From Desulfonatronovibrionaceae bacterium (lineage in GTDB: Bacteria; Desulfobacterota; Desulfovibrionia; Desulfovibrionales; Desulfonatronovibrionaceae), in NCBI GenBank assembly GCA_046539845.1, contig JBKHGE010000022.1:1-34989 (forward strand): DNA of 34,989 nt, written 5' to 3'. Shown in pieces: positions 16,836 through 26,896 of the stretch. Position 1 is the first letter of the stretch. Every line of letters starts with the position of its first letter. The notes beneath the pieces were generated by a model. The model was not told the origin of the DNA. It was given only the letters and a program-made list of their open reading frames with translations, and did no database searches. The translations under genes and the position numbers were made by a program.

Positions 16836-17496
16836 AAAGACAATTATTTCCCCCTCCCTCCTTTCGGCTGATTTCACCCGGCTGGGGGAAGAGCTGACCG
16901 CCCTGGAGGAAGCTGGCCTGAAATGGGCGCACTGGGATATCATGGATGGACATTTTGTCCCCAATATTACCTTTGGCCCGCCGGTGATCAAGGCTTTGCG
17001 CAAAAATAGCCATCTTTTCTTTGACGTCCATCTGATGATTGAAAACCCGGATGCCTATATCCAAGAATTCATAGAGGCCGGAGCCGACCTGGTCTGCGTG
17101 CATGCCGAGGCCAGTGTGCATCTGGAGCGCACAGTATCTCTTATAACCCATCTCGGCGCCAAAAGCGGCGTGGCCTTAAATCCAGCAACACCGCTCTGTG
17201 CAGTCGAATACCTCCTGCCCCAGCTGGACATGGTCCTTTTGATGAGCGTCAATCCCGGATTCGGAGGGCAGAAATTCATCTCCTTCACCCGGGAAAAGCT
17301 GAAAACTCTGAAGGAAATGATAAAACCGCTGGAGAAGAAGCCGCATGTGCAGATAGACGGAGGCGTATCCCCGGAAAACGTGGGCGAACTTGCCGCTCTC
17401 GGGGCCAATATCTTTGTCTCCGGCTCGGCCTTTTTCAAGCACCCGCCTTATGACAAACGCCACGAACAATTCCTGCAGGCGGCCCAAAACGGATAA
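16828..17496 (+). CDS. rpe: Ribulose-phosphate 3-epimerase
   Basis: SPSLLSADF, HWDIMDGHFVPNITFG, MSVNPGFGGQ and IDGG. Confidence 0.97.
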   Translation: MNKKTIISPSLLSADFTRLGEELTALEEAGLKWAHWDIMDGHFVPNITFGPPVIKALRKNSHLFFDVHLMIENPDAYIQEFIEAGADLVCVHAEASVHLERTVSLITHLGAKSGVALNPATPLCAVEYLLPQLDMVLLMSVNPGFGGQKFISFTREKLKTLKEMIKPLEKKPHVQIDGGVSPENVGELAALGANIFVSGSAFFKHPPYDKRHEQFLQAAQNG

Positions 17497-17504
17497 GATT
17501 TTGC

Positions 17505-17556
17505 CTCTCGCCCGCTCCCAAGGGGCGCTTGAGCGCCCCTTGGGAGCGAGCGAGAG
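17505..17556. repeat. Near-perfect palindrome with 25-bp arms (REP-like pair or bidirectional terminator) between convergent rpe and putA
   Basis: CTCTCGCCCGCTCCCAAGGGGCGCT-TG-AGCGCCCCTTGGGAGCGAGCGAGAG, 24/25 complementary. Confidence 0.85.
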
Positions 17557-17567
17557 AAAACTATTTC

Positions 17568-20552
17568 CTACTCCACCCAGTCATCATCCTCCTCTATGGG
17601 AGCAAAACCGCGGCGCATGGTGTTTTCCGTCACGCAGCGCGGGTCCAGGAACTGGATCAGGTAATCCGGACCGCCGGTCTTGGAGCCCACCCCGGACATC
17701 TTGAATCCGCCAAAGGGTTGGCGTTCGATAAGCGCCCCGGTACTGCCCCGGTTCAGGTACAGGTTACCCACCCGGAAATCCTTGCGGGCCATATCCAGCC
17801 GGCTGGGGCTGCGGGAGAATATTCCCCCGGTCAGGGCAAACCGCGTTGAGTTGGCCCATTTTATGGCCTGATCAATGTCCTTGGCCTTCATTACCGCCAA
17901 AACAGGCCCGAAGATTTCTTCCTGGGCAATGCGGTCCTCCGGGGCAATGCCCTCAACAATGGTCAAAGGCACATAAAAACCCCTTTCCGGGACATCCTCG
18001 CGGCAGACCAGGGTGGAGCCCTCTTTTCGGGCCAACTCCACATACTCTTTGATCTTTTTTTGCGCCCCGGCATCAACCACCGGCCCCATATAGTTCTCTG
18101 GAAATTCGGCCGGCCCGAGCTTAATGGAATTCGCCGCCTCCGCCAGCCGGCGGACAAACTTGTCGTATATAGACTGCAGGACAATCACCCGGGAACAGGC
18201 CGAGCATTTCTGACCCTGGAACCCAAAGGCGGAATAGACTATTTCCAGAACCGCCTCGTCCAGATCAGCGTCGTCATCGACGATAATGGCGTTCTTTCCG
18301 CCCATCTCCGCGATAACCTTCTTTATATGATTTTGTCCGGGCTGAACCACCGAAGCCTTGTTCACTATTCTTTGCCCAACTTCCATGGATCCGGTAAAGG
18401 CAATCAGGCCCACATCCGGATGCTCCACCACATAGTCCCCGATTTCGCTGCCGCGCCCGGGCAGGAAATGAAAGACTCCCTCCGGGATTCCGGCCTCTTG
18501 ATATACCTTGGCCAGATGATATCCAATCACCGAGGACAATCCGGCCGGCTTGTACAAAACGCAGTTTCCGGTGACCAAAGCGGCCGAGGTCATGCCCGCG
18601 CTGATGGCAAAAGGAAAATTCCAGGGGGCGATCACCGCAGCTATCCCCTTGGACTGATAAAAGAGGTGGTTAACCTCGCCCGGGGCCCGGCCCATGCGCC
18701 GGGGCCGGCCCAGCCGGAGCATCTCCCGGGCATAGTATTCGATAAAATCTATACCTTCACCCACGTCCGCATGGGACTGCCCCCACTGTTTGCCCACTTC
18801 CAAAACCTGCTGCGCGGAGAGTTTAAAGATATCCCTACGGGCGATGTCCGCGGCCTGGAAAAGGTATCCGGCCCGGTCCTCCGGGGACAGATCCCGCCAC
18901 ATGGGCAAGGCGGACTTGGCCGAGGCAAGGGCGGTATCCACTTCCTGCCGGCCCGCCTGGCAGACATGACCGACAACCTCATCCGGGTCAGCTGGGTTTA
19001 CCGAGGCGATAGAGTCCTCGGTAAAGACCTCCTGCCAGTCGATCAAAAGCGGATAGCTCCCACCCATTTGGCTACGGAAATCAGCAATCGCTCGAGGGAA
19101 GGCCTCTCTCTCGTCCGCCCGGGTGAAATCGGGCATGGGATAGTTCTCAAAAGGAGGCACCCCGCCCATGGGCTGATCTTTTTTCTTCTGCTCCGCCGCG
19201 GCCTTTTCCTCCTCCAGGATAAGAAGCGGATCGCGCATCAAGGCCTCGATATCCGCTTCTTCGGCAAAGCTCTGACGCAGAAAGGACTCGTTGGCTGTAT
19301 TCTCCAAAAGGCGGCGGACCAGATAGGCCATACCCGGAATAAGATCCCCATACGGGGAGTAGAGTCTCACCCGCCTGGCCACGTTCAAAAGTCCTTTGCG
19401 CACCGGCTCGGCCATGCCGTACAAGACCTGAAATTCGTATCTGTCCTCCGGGACCCCGATCTCAGCGGCCAGTTCCATGACCGCAGCGATGCTGCGGATA
19501 TTGTGCGACCCGCAGGCAAAATAGCAGATGTCGTGATTGCGGAGGATGACTTCGGACTGGCGCTCAAAAGCGGCATCACTCTCCGCCTTAATGGTGTACA
19601 CCGGGATCTCCCAGCCGTTCTGCTTGGCCAGCACGGTCTCGTAGTCCCAGTAAGCGCCTTTGACCAGGCGCAGGGCTATGGACAGATTCTCCTTCCTGGC
19701 CCAAGCCAGTATCTCCTCCAGATCGTGGTCCGTATCCCGCAGATAACACTGCAGGACAAGGGCCAACTGATCGAATTCGCGGAACTCGGCCCGGAGGCGC
19801 TTATAGGCCTCAATGGTTATATCCTTGTATTTGTACTGCTCCATGTCGACACACAAATGTCCGCCCACCTCCATTGCCTTGCTGACAATCGGCCGAAGAC
19901 GCTCGCAGATGCCCTCGACCGAGCCCTCGAAATCCTGGGGCCTGGCCTGGGAATAGAGCCCGGAGGGTTTAATGGACACGTTGATTACCGGGGAGTATCC
20001 CCAGTCCAGTCCGCTCCAGCTGGACTTCTCACCGGCCAGGGCATCCAAGAGCTCCAGATAGCTCTTTTGATAAAACTCGCCTTCCTCTTCACTCACCGTG
20101 GCCTCGCCTAGGATGTCCACGGTAAAGGTGAAATCGTTTTTCCTGAGCTTGCTCAGGTTCTTTATCGCCTGTTTGCTGTTCTCTCCGACAATGAATTGCT
20201 TGCCCATATTCTCCAGGTTGGAGCGGATGGTCTTGGCCAGGATCTTTCCGGTAATTCCCTTGCCCATACCCGCCCCCTTAGCTCCCCACTTGAGGACCGA
20301 GGGCAGCTCCTGGTCTTGGGATCCGAAATACTCCTGGATATGCCGGGTCAAAGACTCACTGCTATTTAGATAGGGAAAAACGTCCACAAAGCGAAAGAGC
20401 TGGACCTTGAAATTCTCGTTGCGCATCGCCCAGTCCATGACCTTGCCGGTCCACCATCCCTTATTGAATACCGAGGGCGCTTCCCCGCTTATACTCCTGA
20501 AGAACTCCCGGCCGCGCTCGGTAATCCTAGCATTCAGGGTCTTTCTGTCCAT
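17568..20552 (-). CDS. putA: Bifunctional proline dehydrogenase / L-glutamate-gamma-semialdehyde dehydrogenase
   Basis: RLVKGAYWD, YLVRRLLEN, ALDH motifs AFGFQGQKCSACSR, EEIFGP and QPFGGFKMSG; 994 aa. Confidence 0.97.
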   Translation of the reverse strand: MDRKTLNARITERGREFFRSISGEAPSVFNKGWWTGKVMDWAMRNENFKVQLFRFVDVFPYLNSSESLTRHIQEYFGSQDQELPSVLKWGAKGAGMGKGITGKILAKTIRSNLENMGKQFIVGENSKQAIKNLSKLRKNDFTFTVDILGEATVSEEEGEFYQKSYLELLDALAGEKSSWSGLDWGYSPVINVSIKPSGLYSQARPQDFEGSVEGICERLRPIVSKAMEVGGHLCVDMEQYKYKDITIEAYKRLRAEFREFDQLALVLQCYLRDTDHDLEEILAWARKENLSIALRLVKGAYWDYETVLAKQNGWEIPVYTIKAESDAAFERQSEVILRNHDICYFACGSHNIRSIAAVMELAAEIGVPEDRYEFQVLYGMAEPVRKGLLNVARRVRLYSPYGDLIPGMAYLVRRLLENTANESFLRQSFAEEADIEALMRDPLLILEEEKAAAEQKKKDQPMGGVPPFENYPMPDFTRADEREAFPRAIADFRSQMGGSYPLLIDWQEVFTEDSIASVNPADPDEVVGHVCQAGRQEVDTALASAKSALPMWRDLSPEDRAGYLFQAADIARRDIFKLSAQQVLEVGKQWGQSHADVGEGIDFIEYYAREMLRLGRPRRMGRAPGEVNHLFYQSKGIAAVIAPWNFPFAISAGMTSAALVTGNCVLYKPAGLSSVIGYHLAKVYQEAGIPEGVFHFLPGRGSEIGDYVVEHPDVGLIAFTGSMEVGQRIVNKASVVQPGQNHIKKVIAEMGGKNAIIVDDDADLDEAVLEIVYSAFGFQGQKCSACSRVIVLQSIYDKFVRRLAEAANSIKLGPAEFPENYMGPVVDAGAQKKIKEYVELARKEGSTLVCREDVPERGFYVPLTIVEGIAPEDRIAQEEIFGPVLAVMKAKDIDQAIKWANSTRFALTGGIFSRSPSRLDMARKDFRVGNLYLNRGSTGALIERQPFGGFKMSGVGSKTGGPDYLIQFLDPRCVTENTMRRGFAPIEEDDDWVE

Positions 20553-21059
20553 CTATTCCTCCTGGGTGTTAAAATCTTTGCCCCGATCAAAACTATTGAC
20601 AACTTTTCCGTCCGGAATGGGGAGCTTCAGGGTCTCCTTTATGCTCTCCAGTACCAGGGTGGTCCTGGAATCCCGCACCCCCGGAATGGCCCCGAAACTC
20701 TTCAAAAGCCCGGCCAGATGCTCGGTATCTCTGACCCGGGCCTTTAACTGATAGTTATACTCCCCGGCGATAAAATACACCTCCTGGACCTCGCTCTTTG
20801 CGGCCAGAGCATTCCCTATGCGAGTGGACCCCACCCCCTCTTCAGTCTTGATCATTATGAAAACAGTCAAAACCAGGCCCAGTTTCCCCGCGTCCATGCG
20901 GGCCTCATATCCCCGAATTATGCCTTTTTTCTCCAGCCTGCGCACCCTCTCCAGCATACCGGAAGGAGCCATACCCACCTGTCGGGCAATCTCCGCATTG
21001 GTCACCCGGCTGTTTCCCTGTATAATATTCAATATTTGCAGGTCTTTTTCGTCTAACAT
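20553..21059 (-). CDS. Lrp/AsnC-family transcriptional regulator (probable proline regulator)
   Basis: LDEKDLQIL..NAEIARQVG..ERVRRLEKKGIIRGY. Its stop directly abuts the putA ATG. Confidence 0.93.
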   Translation of the reverse strand: MLDEKDLQILNIIQGNSRVTNAEIARQVGMAPSGMLERVRRLEKKGIIRGYEARMDAGKLGLVLTVFIMIKTEEGVGSTRIGNALAAKSEVQEVYFIAGEYNYQLKARVRDTEHLAGLLKSFGAIPGVRDSRTTLVLESIKETLKLPIPDGKVVNSFDRGKDFNTQEE

Positions 21060-21217
21060 AAAGAAAAAACCATCTTTTTACGAATTAAATTCTATAATCC
21101 CAATAAAGTCAAGGAACTTTTGGGCCCTCATTCGGTTGAAGCGAATCTTCAAGCGGACCCGGGAAGCGCATCCCTCACTTTCCGGGAAAGGCCGGGACCC
21201 GGCATGGCGCAGGAGAT

Positions 21218-21248
21218 AAAAAGGCCCAAGCTGTGCGGCTTGGGCCTT
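21218..21248 (-). terminator. Intrinsic terminator after bamD
   Basis: AAGGCCCAAGC/GCTTGGGCCTT stem with a minus-strand U tract. Confidence 0.8.
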
Positions 21249-21295
21249 ATAAAAACGTCTTTCAGGAAAACTGCCGGGCAAAAAAGCGATCCGAA

Positions 21296-22027
21296 TCAAA
21301 GCCAGTCAAACCACTGCTTCCAGGACCCCTGCTCCTTTTCCAGCTCCTTTTTGGAGTTGTCTTTCTGATGCAGAAAATAGGCCAGTTCACCACGGCGGGT
21401 GGCGTAGTCAGAGATGTCCTCGATGTCCCCGAATTCTTCGGTTATATACTCATATCTTTTCCAGGCGGACAAATACTTTTCCATCCGCCAGTACAGATCC
21501 GCCACATAGACCTCATGCTCGGCCTGAAAACGTCTGCATTTCTGGATGTATTCCTCTGAGGCCTCGGCGTATTCCGTATTCGGGTAGCTCTCTTTCACCC
21601 GGCGGAAATATTCCAGGGCCTCGTTCATATTTGTCTGCGGCAGATCCAGAGAACGGAACTGCTCGTAGTTGGCCACCCCGATCTGGTACAGGACATAAGG
21701 AATGGCTTCATGCCGAGGGTGAAGGGATTCAAACTCCTTGTAAATCTCCACGGCCGCTTTGTATTGCTTGTCCATAAAATAGGCGTCGCCCAGGCTCACT
21801 TCCGCCTTGGCCGTATACGGACTGAACGGATAGCGATCCTTTAATTTGGTGAAATAGTCTATGGCTTGGCCGTAATCCTCTTCGTGCATGGCCGAATATC
21901 CGGCCTCGGCCAGCTCCTGGGCGGTATCCTCGGGAGGCTCCAGAAAATAGTAGTCAATAAACCCGCATCCGGACAGACACAGGCAAAAGGCCGCGACCAG
22001 AGGGAAAAAAAGGGCCCGTCTAAGCAT
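21296..22027 (-). CDS. bamD: Outer membrane protein assembly factor BamD (lipoprotein)
   Basis: True start MLRRALFF at 22027, lipobox LSGC, TPR motifs DRYPFSPY and LHPRHE, and AEHEVYVADLY. Confidence 0.92.
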   Translation of the reverse strand: MLRRALFFPLVAAFCLCLSGCGFIDYYFLEPPEDTAQELAEAGYSAMHEEDYGQAIDYFTKLKDRYPFSPYTAKAEVSLGDAYFMDKQYKAAVEIYKEFESLHPRHEAIPYVLYQIGVANYEQFRSLDLPQTNMNEALEYFRRVKESYPNTEYAEASEEYIQKCRRFQAEHEVYVADLYWRMEKYLSAWKRYEYITEEFGDIEDISDYATRRGELAYFLHQKDNSKKELEKEQGSWKQWFDWL

Positions 22028-22943
22028 GGAGTTTTTCCAGATACAAATTGGCGTTGTGTGCGGCTGTGGCCCCGTCTCCCACCGCTGTGGAAATCTGCCG
22101 GCACAGCTTGGAGCGTATATCCCCGGCCGCAAAGACCCCGTCCACGCTGCAGCGCATCTCAGCGTCCGTGACCACAAACCCCTGCCCGTCCTTGACCACG
22201 TCATCCGGGATGAATTCCGATTCCGGCTCCACCCCGATAAAGACAAAGGCCCCGCTTACAGGCAGATCTGAAGTCTCTCCGGTCTTCGCATTGCGCAGAT
22301 GCAGGGACTCAAGGTCGCTTTCTCCGAAAAATTCCTCAACCACTGTGTCCAGATGAAGTTCAATCTTGTCGTTGGCCATGACCTTGTCCACATACACCTG
22401 GGCCCCGCGGAATTTGTCCCGTCTGTGGATCAAATGGATCTTGTCCACTATCCTGGACAAATACAATGACTCCTCCAAGGCGGTATCCCCACCGCCGATG
22501 CAGGCCACTTCCTGGCCTCGGAAAAAGTTGCCGTCACAGATTGCGCAATAGGACACTCCCCGGCCGGTGAGCCTGCCTTCCCCGGGGACGCCGAGCTTCC
22601 TCCACTTGGCCCCGGTGCACAATACTAACGCCCCGGCCCGAACCCAAGCATCACCCGCAAGGACTTGGTGGTTGCCTGGGTCCAATTTTATTTCCTGCAC
22701 TTCATCCGAGAATTTGGTATACTCAAAGCCCTCCAGGTGGGCGACAAACTTGTCCACCAGCTCAAACCCGTGAACGCTCTCCGGAAAGCCCGGATAGTTC
22801 TCTATCTTCTCCGTAAGCAGAACCTGGCCGCCCGGAGCCATTCTCTCCGCCCAGCCCAGGTTGACTCCGGAACGGAGGAGATAGAGCGCCGCAGTCATCC
22901 CCGCCGGACCTCCCCCGACTACCAGGGCGTCTACTTCCTGCAT
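22020..22943 (-). CDS. trxB: Thioredoxin-disulfide reductase
   Basis: GGGPAG, GVSYCAICDG, GGGDTALEE and GVFAAGD. Confidence 0.97.
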   Translation of the reverse strand: MQEVDALVVGGGPAGMTAALYLLRSGVNLGWAERMAPGGQVLLTEKIENYPGFPESVHGFELVDKFVAHLEGFEYTKFSDEVQEIKLDPGNHQVLAGDAWVRAGALVLCTGAKWRKLGVPGEGRLTGRGVSYCAICDGNFFRGQEVACIGGGDTALEESLYLSRIVDKIHLIHRRDKFRGAQVYVDKVMANDKIELHLDTVVEEFFGESDLESLHLRNAKTGETSDLPVSGAFVFIGVEPESEFIPDDVVKDGQGFVVTDAEMRCSVDGVFAAGDIRSKLCRQISTAVGDGATAAHNANLYLEKLHA

Positions 22944-22945
22944 AG

Positions 22946-23266
22946 CTAAACCGCCTTATCCTCGATCATCTGCTTGAGGCTGGCCTTGGAGACCGCACCG
23001 GTCACCTGTTCCTGCATCTCTCCGGACTTAAAGAGCATCAGGGTAGGGATAGCCCGAATACCATACTTTCCGGGAGTCGCGGAGTTATCATCCACGTTCA
23101 TCTTCACTACCTTGATCTTTCCGGAATACTCCTGCTCCAGCTCCTCGAGTACCGGGGCTATTGCCCTACAAGGGCCACACCACGGGGCCCAGAAATCGAC
23201 CAAAACCGGCAGCTCGCTTTGCAAAACCTCTTCTTCAAATGTGGAATCAGTAATCTGATTGGCCAT
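22946..23266 (-). CDS. trxA: Thioredoxin
   Basis: [11 protein letters not shown]; start at MANQIT (23266) with a GAGGAG RBS. Confidence 0.97.
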   Translation of the reverse strand: MANQITDSTFEEEVLQSELPVLVDFWAPWCGPCRAIAPVLEELEQEYSGKIKVVKMNVDDNSATPGKYGIRAIPTLMLFKSGEMQEQVTGAVSKASLKQMIEDKAV

Positions 23267-23449
23267 AGCTCTCTCCTCGCTTTTTATCTTCAGGCCTGTC
23301 TTACCTGTTTCAAAGTGTAAAAAAGAATTTTTAGTTATCCCTTCGACCCCTGTCAAGGGCCCGCCGACCGTGGGCGGTCCCAACCCCTCGAATTCGATGT
23401 CCTCGGCCTTAATACTCCCAAGTCCCAGTCACCCCTGAGTCCAAATCCT

Positions 23450-24520
23450 TCATATTCCCTCCAGCACAGCGGCTGAATAGTCATCCGGAACTGCCCTTCC
23501 CCGGGGCACGGCCTCCAGATCCAGCCCGTGAGACAGGCCTTTGCCAGCCAGGAGATACCCCGCGTAGGCAATCATGGCCCCGTTGTCCGTACACAGTTCA
23601 GGATGTGGCAAAACAAACCTCACCCCGCAATCTGCGGCCAGGGACTTGAGTTCGGCCCGGACCATGGAGTTGGCAGCCACTCCGCCAGCCGCGATCACCG
23701 AGTTGACCCCGTATCTGTCGAGCGCTCGGGCGAGCTTTATATGCAGGGCCCGGGCCACACTTCTGTTAAAGGCAGCACAGACCCGGACAAGCTCCGGATC
23801 CGGATCCCGGGGAAGCTCCGATCTTAGATTGCCCGCGACCAGCCCCGGGCGCTTGCGCACGTAATTGCCCACAGAGGTCTTGAGTCCGCTGAAGCTGAAA
23901 TCCAAGTTGTCGTTGTCCACATAGGGGACAGGGAATAAATCTGGATCAATGGCCTCGGCCAGCGAGGCCAATCGGTCGATATACACCCCCCCGGGATAGG
24001 GCAAATTCAGGCATTTAGCCGCCTTGTCAAAGGCCTCTCCAGCTGCGTCGTCCAGGGTCCGGCCCAAAAGCTCGAATTCGCGGGGCGAACGCATGCGGTA
24101 TATCTGGGTGTGTCCCCCGGAAATCAAAAGTCCCAGACAGGGGAAGTCCAGTCTGCTCTCCAGGCCGGGGGCCAGGAGGTGGGCATGCAGATGATTGACC
24201 CCGATAAGGGGAATATCCAGACCCAGGGCCAGCCCTTTGGCGAACCCCAGCCCCACCAGGAGACTGCCCAAAAGTCCAGGCCCCCTGGCCACGCAGACCC
24301 GATCGATCTCGGCCAAATCAATACCCGTAGAGGCCAAAAGTTCCCCAAACAAAGGACTTATCGCGCTCAGATGCCTCCTGGAGGCGATCTCAGGGACCAC
24401 CCCGCCGAAGACGGAATGGACCGTAGCCTGGGAGGCCATACACTCCCCAAGGAGACGGCCATCCCGGACAAAGGCCAGGGCGGTCTCATCACAGGAGGTC
24501 TCGATCCCAAGACAAAGCAC
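23450..24520 (-). CDS. tsaD: tRNA N6-threonylcarbamoyltransferase
   Basis: [40 protein letters not shown] and CTDNGAMIA. Confidence 0.97.
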   Translation of the reverse strand: MLCLGIETSCDETALAFVRDGRLLGECMASQATVHSVFGGVVPEIASRRHLSAISPLFGELLASTGIDLAEIDRVCVARGPGLLGSLLVGLGFAKGLALGLDIPLIGVNHLHAHLLAPGLESRLDFPCLGLLISGGHTQIYRMRSPREFELLGRTLDDAAGEAFDKAAKCLNLPYPGGVYIDRLASLAEAIDPDLFPVPYVDNDNLDFSFSGLKTSVGNYVRKRPGLVAGNLRSELPRDPDPELVRVCAAFNRSVARALHIKLARALDRYGVNSVIAAGGVAANSMVRAELKSLAADCGVRFVLPHPELCTDNGAMIAYAGYLLAGKGLSHGLDLEAVPRGRAVPDDYSAAVLEGI

Positions 24521-24523
24521 CCG

Positions 24524-25528
24524 CTAGTCCCCGCTCATGATCCGGGTGGCCTCATCCACTTCCGTGGACGACCCGATAAACAGAGGCACCCTTTGGTGCA
24601 GCTCCTGGGGCTCAATATCCAGAATGCGGCCTTTCCCGTCCGTGGCCTTCCCTCCGGCCTGTTCTGCGATAAAAGCCATGGGAGCGGCCTCACACAACAG
24701 CCTGAGCTTGCCGCTGGGTCTTTTCGGGTCCCGCTTGTCCGCGGGATACATAAAGATCCCCCCATAGAGCAGGTTGCGATGGAAATCAGCCACAAGGGAG
24801 CCAATGTAGCGCAGGCTGTACGGCCGGCCGCGGCCGTTCTTCTTGGACTTGAAATGGGAAACACAGCTCCTAACCTTTTCCTCCCAGAAATCCCAGTACC
24901 CCTCGTTTACAGAATAGACCTTGCCCTGCTCCGGGGTCTTTATGTCCGGGTGGGAGAGCAAAAACTCGCCCACGCCCGGATCCAAAGTAAAGCCGTGCAC
25001 GCCTTGGCCTGTAGTATAGACCATCACCGTGGACGAGCCGTAAATAAAGTACCCGGCGGCCACCTGTTCCGCCCCCCTGCGCAGCACGTCCCCGCTGACC
25101 ACTGCAGAGTCCCTGTCTTTACGGCGGTAAATGGAAAAAATGGTCCCTATGCTCACATTGGCGTTTATATTTGAGGATCCATCCAGGGGATCAAAGACCA
25201 GGATATAATCTCCGCTGGGGAATCCCTCCGGGATGTCAATCAGGTCCGCGGCCTCCTCCGAGGCCATGGCGCACAACACCCCGGCCCGCTGCATGCGGTG
25301 GACTATGACCCGGTTGGCGAAATCATCCAACTTCTGGACTTCCTCACCCTGGACATTGGTCTGCCCGGTCAAACCCAAGACATTCACCAGACCGGCCTTG
25401 TTCACCTCCCGACTTATTATCTTGGCCGCAAAAATAAGCTCATTCAAAAGCCGAGTAAACTGGCCGGTGGCCATGGGATTCGCCCTCTGGTGGACCAGCA
25501 GGTGTTCAACCACGGTTACCTGTCGCAT
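24524..25528 (-). CDS. fbp: Class 1 fructose-1,6-bisphosphatase
   Basis: [32 protein letters not shown] and GKLRLLCE. Confidence 0.97.
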   Translation of the reverse strand: MRQVTVVEHLLVHQRANPMATGQFTRLLNELIFAAKIISREVNKAGLVNVLGLTGQTNVQGEEVQKLDDFANRVIVHRMQRAGVLCAMASEEAADLIDIPEGFPSGDYILVFDPLDGSSNINANVSIGTIFSIYRRKDRDSAVVSGDVLRRGAEQVAAGYFIYGSSTVMVYTTGQGVHGFTLDPGVGEFLLSHPDIKTPEQGKVYSVNEGYWDFWEEKVRSCVSHFKSKKNGRGRPYSLRYIGSLVADFHRNLLYGGIFMYPADKRDPKRPSGKLRLLCEAAPMAFIAEQAGGKATDGKGRILDIEPQELHQRVPLFIGSSTEVDEATRIMSGD

Positions 25529-25539
25529 ACAACCCCCCT

Positions 25540-26292
25540 TTATTCCTCAACGGTTGCCTCGCTTATGACATACACCAGCCAATCGGACCCTACCCGGCGC
25601 GCAAGCCACAAAAGCCGCCCATTTTCCGGAGAAAAGCGGCCGTTGACTCCTTTTTGCAGCAGCTCGTCCCAGGGCCTCTGTTCCAGATACCCGTCCAGGT
25701 CCTGGAGCCTTTCACTCCATAGGACCTGTCCGTCCATGACCAGGGTCAACTCCCGGGAGTACGGACTTAATCCGGCGAAAATCCGGGGATCAAAATGAAC
25801 AATAAGCATACCCCGCCAATCCGGACCTTTGAAAAAGGGACGGGCCAAGACGATCTCCGGGCCAAAGGGTGTCTCCTCTACCCGGGCCTCGATCTGCCAG
25901 TCTCCGAGACTTACCTCGTCCGGACAGTAGCCAGCCAGATCGATTCTCTTTACCCCTTCCTCGGGATACCTGGCCAGGACCTCGCCCTCGGTATCCGTTG
26001 CCAGAACTCCGTTCAGCCATGGGTATCTGCGCACCGTGGTGGCAAACCACTCCCGGTTTTCCGGATAGCTGTCCTGAGTCTCCAAAAGACGCAGCAGACT
26101 GGAGAGCTGACTGTCCGGGGGATAAAAAGCCCGGGCCAGCCGACCTTCTGCCTTTTTCCCCAGTCCGGGCATTTCCAATTCAACTTCCGGGGTGGGGTAC
26201 ACATAGTCATAATAGGCATCCCGGGTTTTGTCCCACATACCACAACCGGCGAGCAAAAAGACCGCCAGGACCGCAACCGTCCATTTATACAT
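25540..26292 (-). CDS. Hypothetical lipoprotein
   Basis: Lipobox LLAGC; co-oriented 11 nt upstream of fbp; 250 aa. Confidence 0.75.
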   Translation of the reverse strand: MYKWTVAVLAVFLLAGCGMWDKTRDAYYDYVYPTPEVELEMPGLGKKAEGRLARAFYPPDSQLSSLLRLLETQDSYPENREWFATTVRRYPWLNGVLATDTEGEVLARYPEEGVKRIDLAGYCPDEVSLGDWQIEARVEETPFGPEIVLARPFFKGPDWRGMLIVHFDPRIFAGLSPYSRELTLVMDGQVLWSERLQDLDGYLEQRPWDELLQKGVNGRFSPENGRLLWLARRVGSDWLVYVISEATVEE

Positions 26293-26453
26293 GCAAAAAC
26301 TCCTGAACCTGGATCAAATATTGATAAAAAGGGCATAACATAGTAGCCGAATGAGTATTGTTAACTGACTGTCTCCCCGAGCCGGGGCTTTAGAGAGCCG
26401 GCACGACCGTCTCGCTCCGGGAGCGCGGACAAACCGGGAACCGGACAAACAAA

Positions 26454-26894
26454 ATGACCGTAAATATACTTATTATCCTGCTTATATTCCTCCTGTTCGT
26501 GATTATGATCGCCTTTAGCGCAAGGCACTTGCAGACCCGCAAACAAAACCGAATAAAAAAGATCCGTGAGGAACAAAAAAATGTCCAGGCCGATTTCGAC
26601 AATCTAAAAAACAATCTGCTCGAACTCACCGCCCAGAAAAACGAGCTGGAAAACCGTCTGGCCGATGCAAGGACCAAAAAAACATCCGCCGCCCAGTCGG
26701 AGCAGGAACAAAAACAGACCCAGAAATCAGCAGTGGACATCCTGAAGGAAAAAGATATCGTCTCCGAAGCCCAGATCAAAAAGGCCCAGCACTATCTGGA
26801 TGACAATCAGCCCAACATGGAACTCGAGGACGTTTTGGTCATGTTCGGTTATATCACCCCGGAACAGCTCAAGCAGGCCCAAAACAAAGACTAA
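26454..26894 (+). CDS. Membrane-anchored coiled-coil protein with a C-terminal MshEN-like repeat pair
   Basis: N-terminal TM helix and coiled coil, then DILKEKDIVSEAQI and LEDVLVMFGYITPEQL. Confidence 0.75.
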   Translation: MTVNILIILLIFLLFVIMIAFSARHLQTRKQNRIKKIREEQKNVQADFDNLKNNLLELTAQKNELENRLADARTKKTSAAQSEQEQKQTQKSAVDILKEKDIVSEAQIKKAQHYLDDNQPNMELEDVLVMFGYITPEQLKQAQNKD

Positions 26895-26896
26895 AC

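Noticed and set aside
18060..20111. 683-aa plus-strand ORF
   Set aside because: Antisense to putA. Long shadow ORFs are expected with GC-rich codon usage, and no domain motifs are present.
22028..22246. N-terminal 73-aa extension of bamD in the ORF track
   Set aside because: Lies inside trxB. The signal peptide and lipobox define the start at 22027. Similar over-extensions were trimmed for trxA and the TPR gene.
24110..25174. 354-aa plus-strand ORF
   Set aside because: Antisense across tsaD and fbp; a shadow frame.
26370..26445. c-di-GMP-I (GEMM) riboswitch
   Set aside because: A loose 3' resemblance (GACAAACCGGG) exists, but the GGCAAAC, GNRA-loop and GCAAAGC hallmarks are absent.
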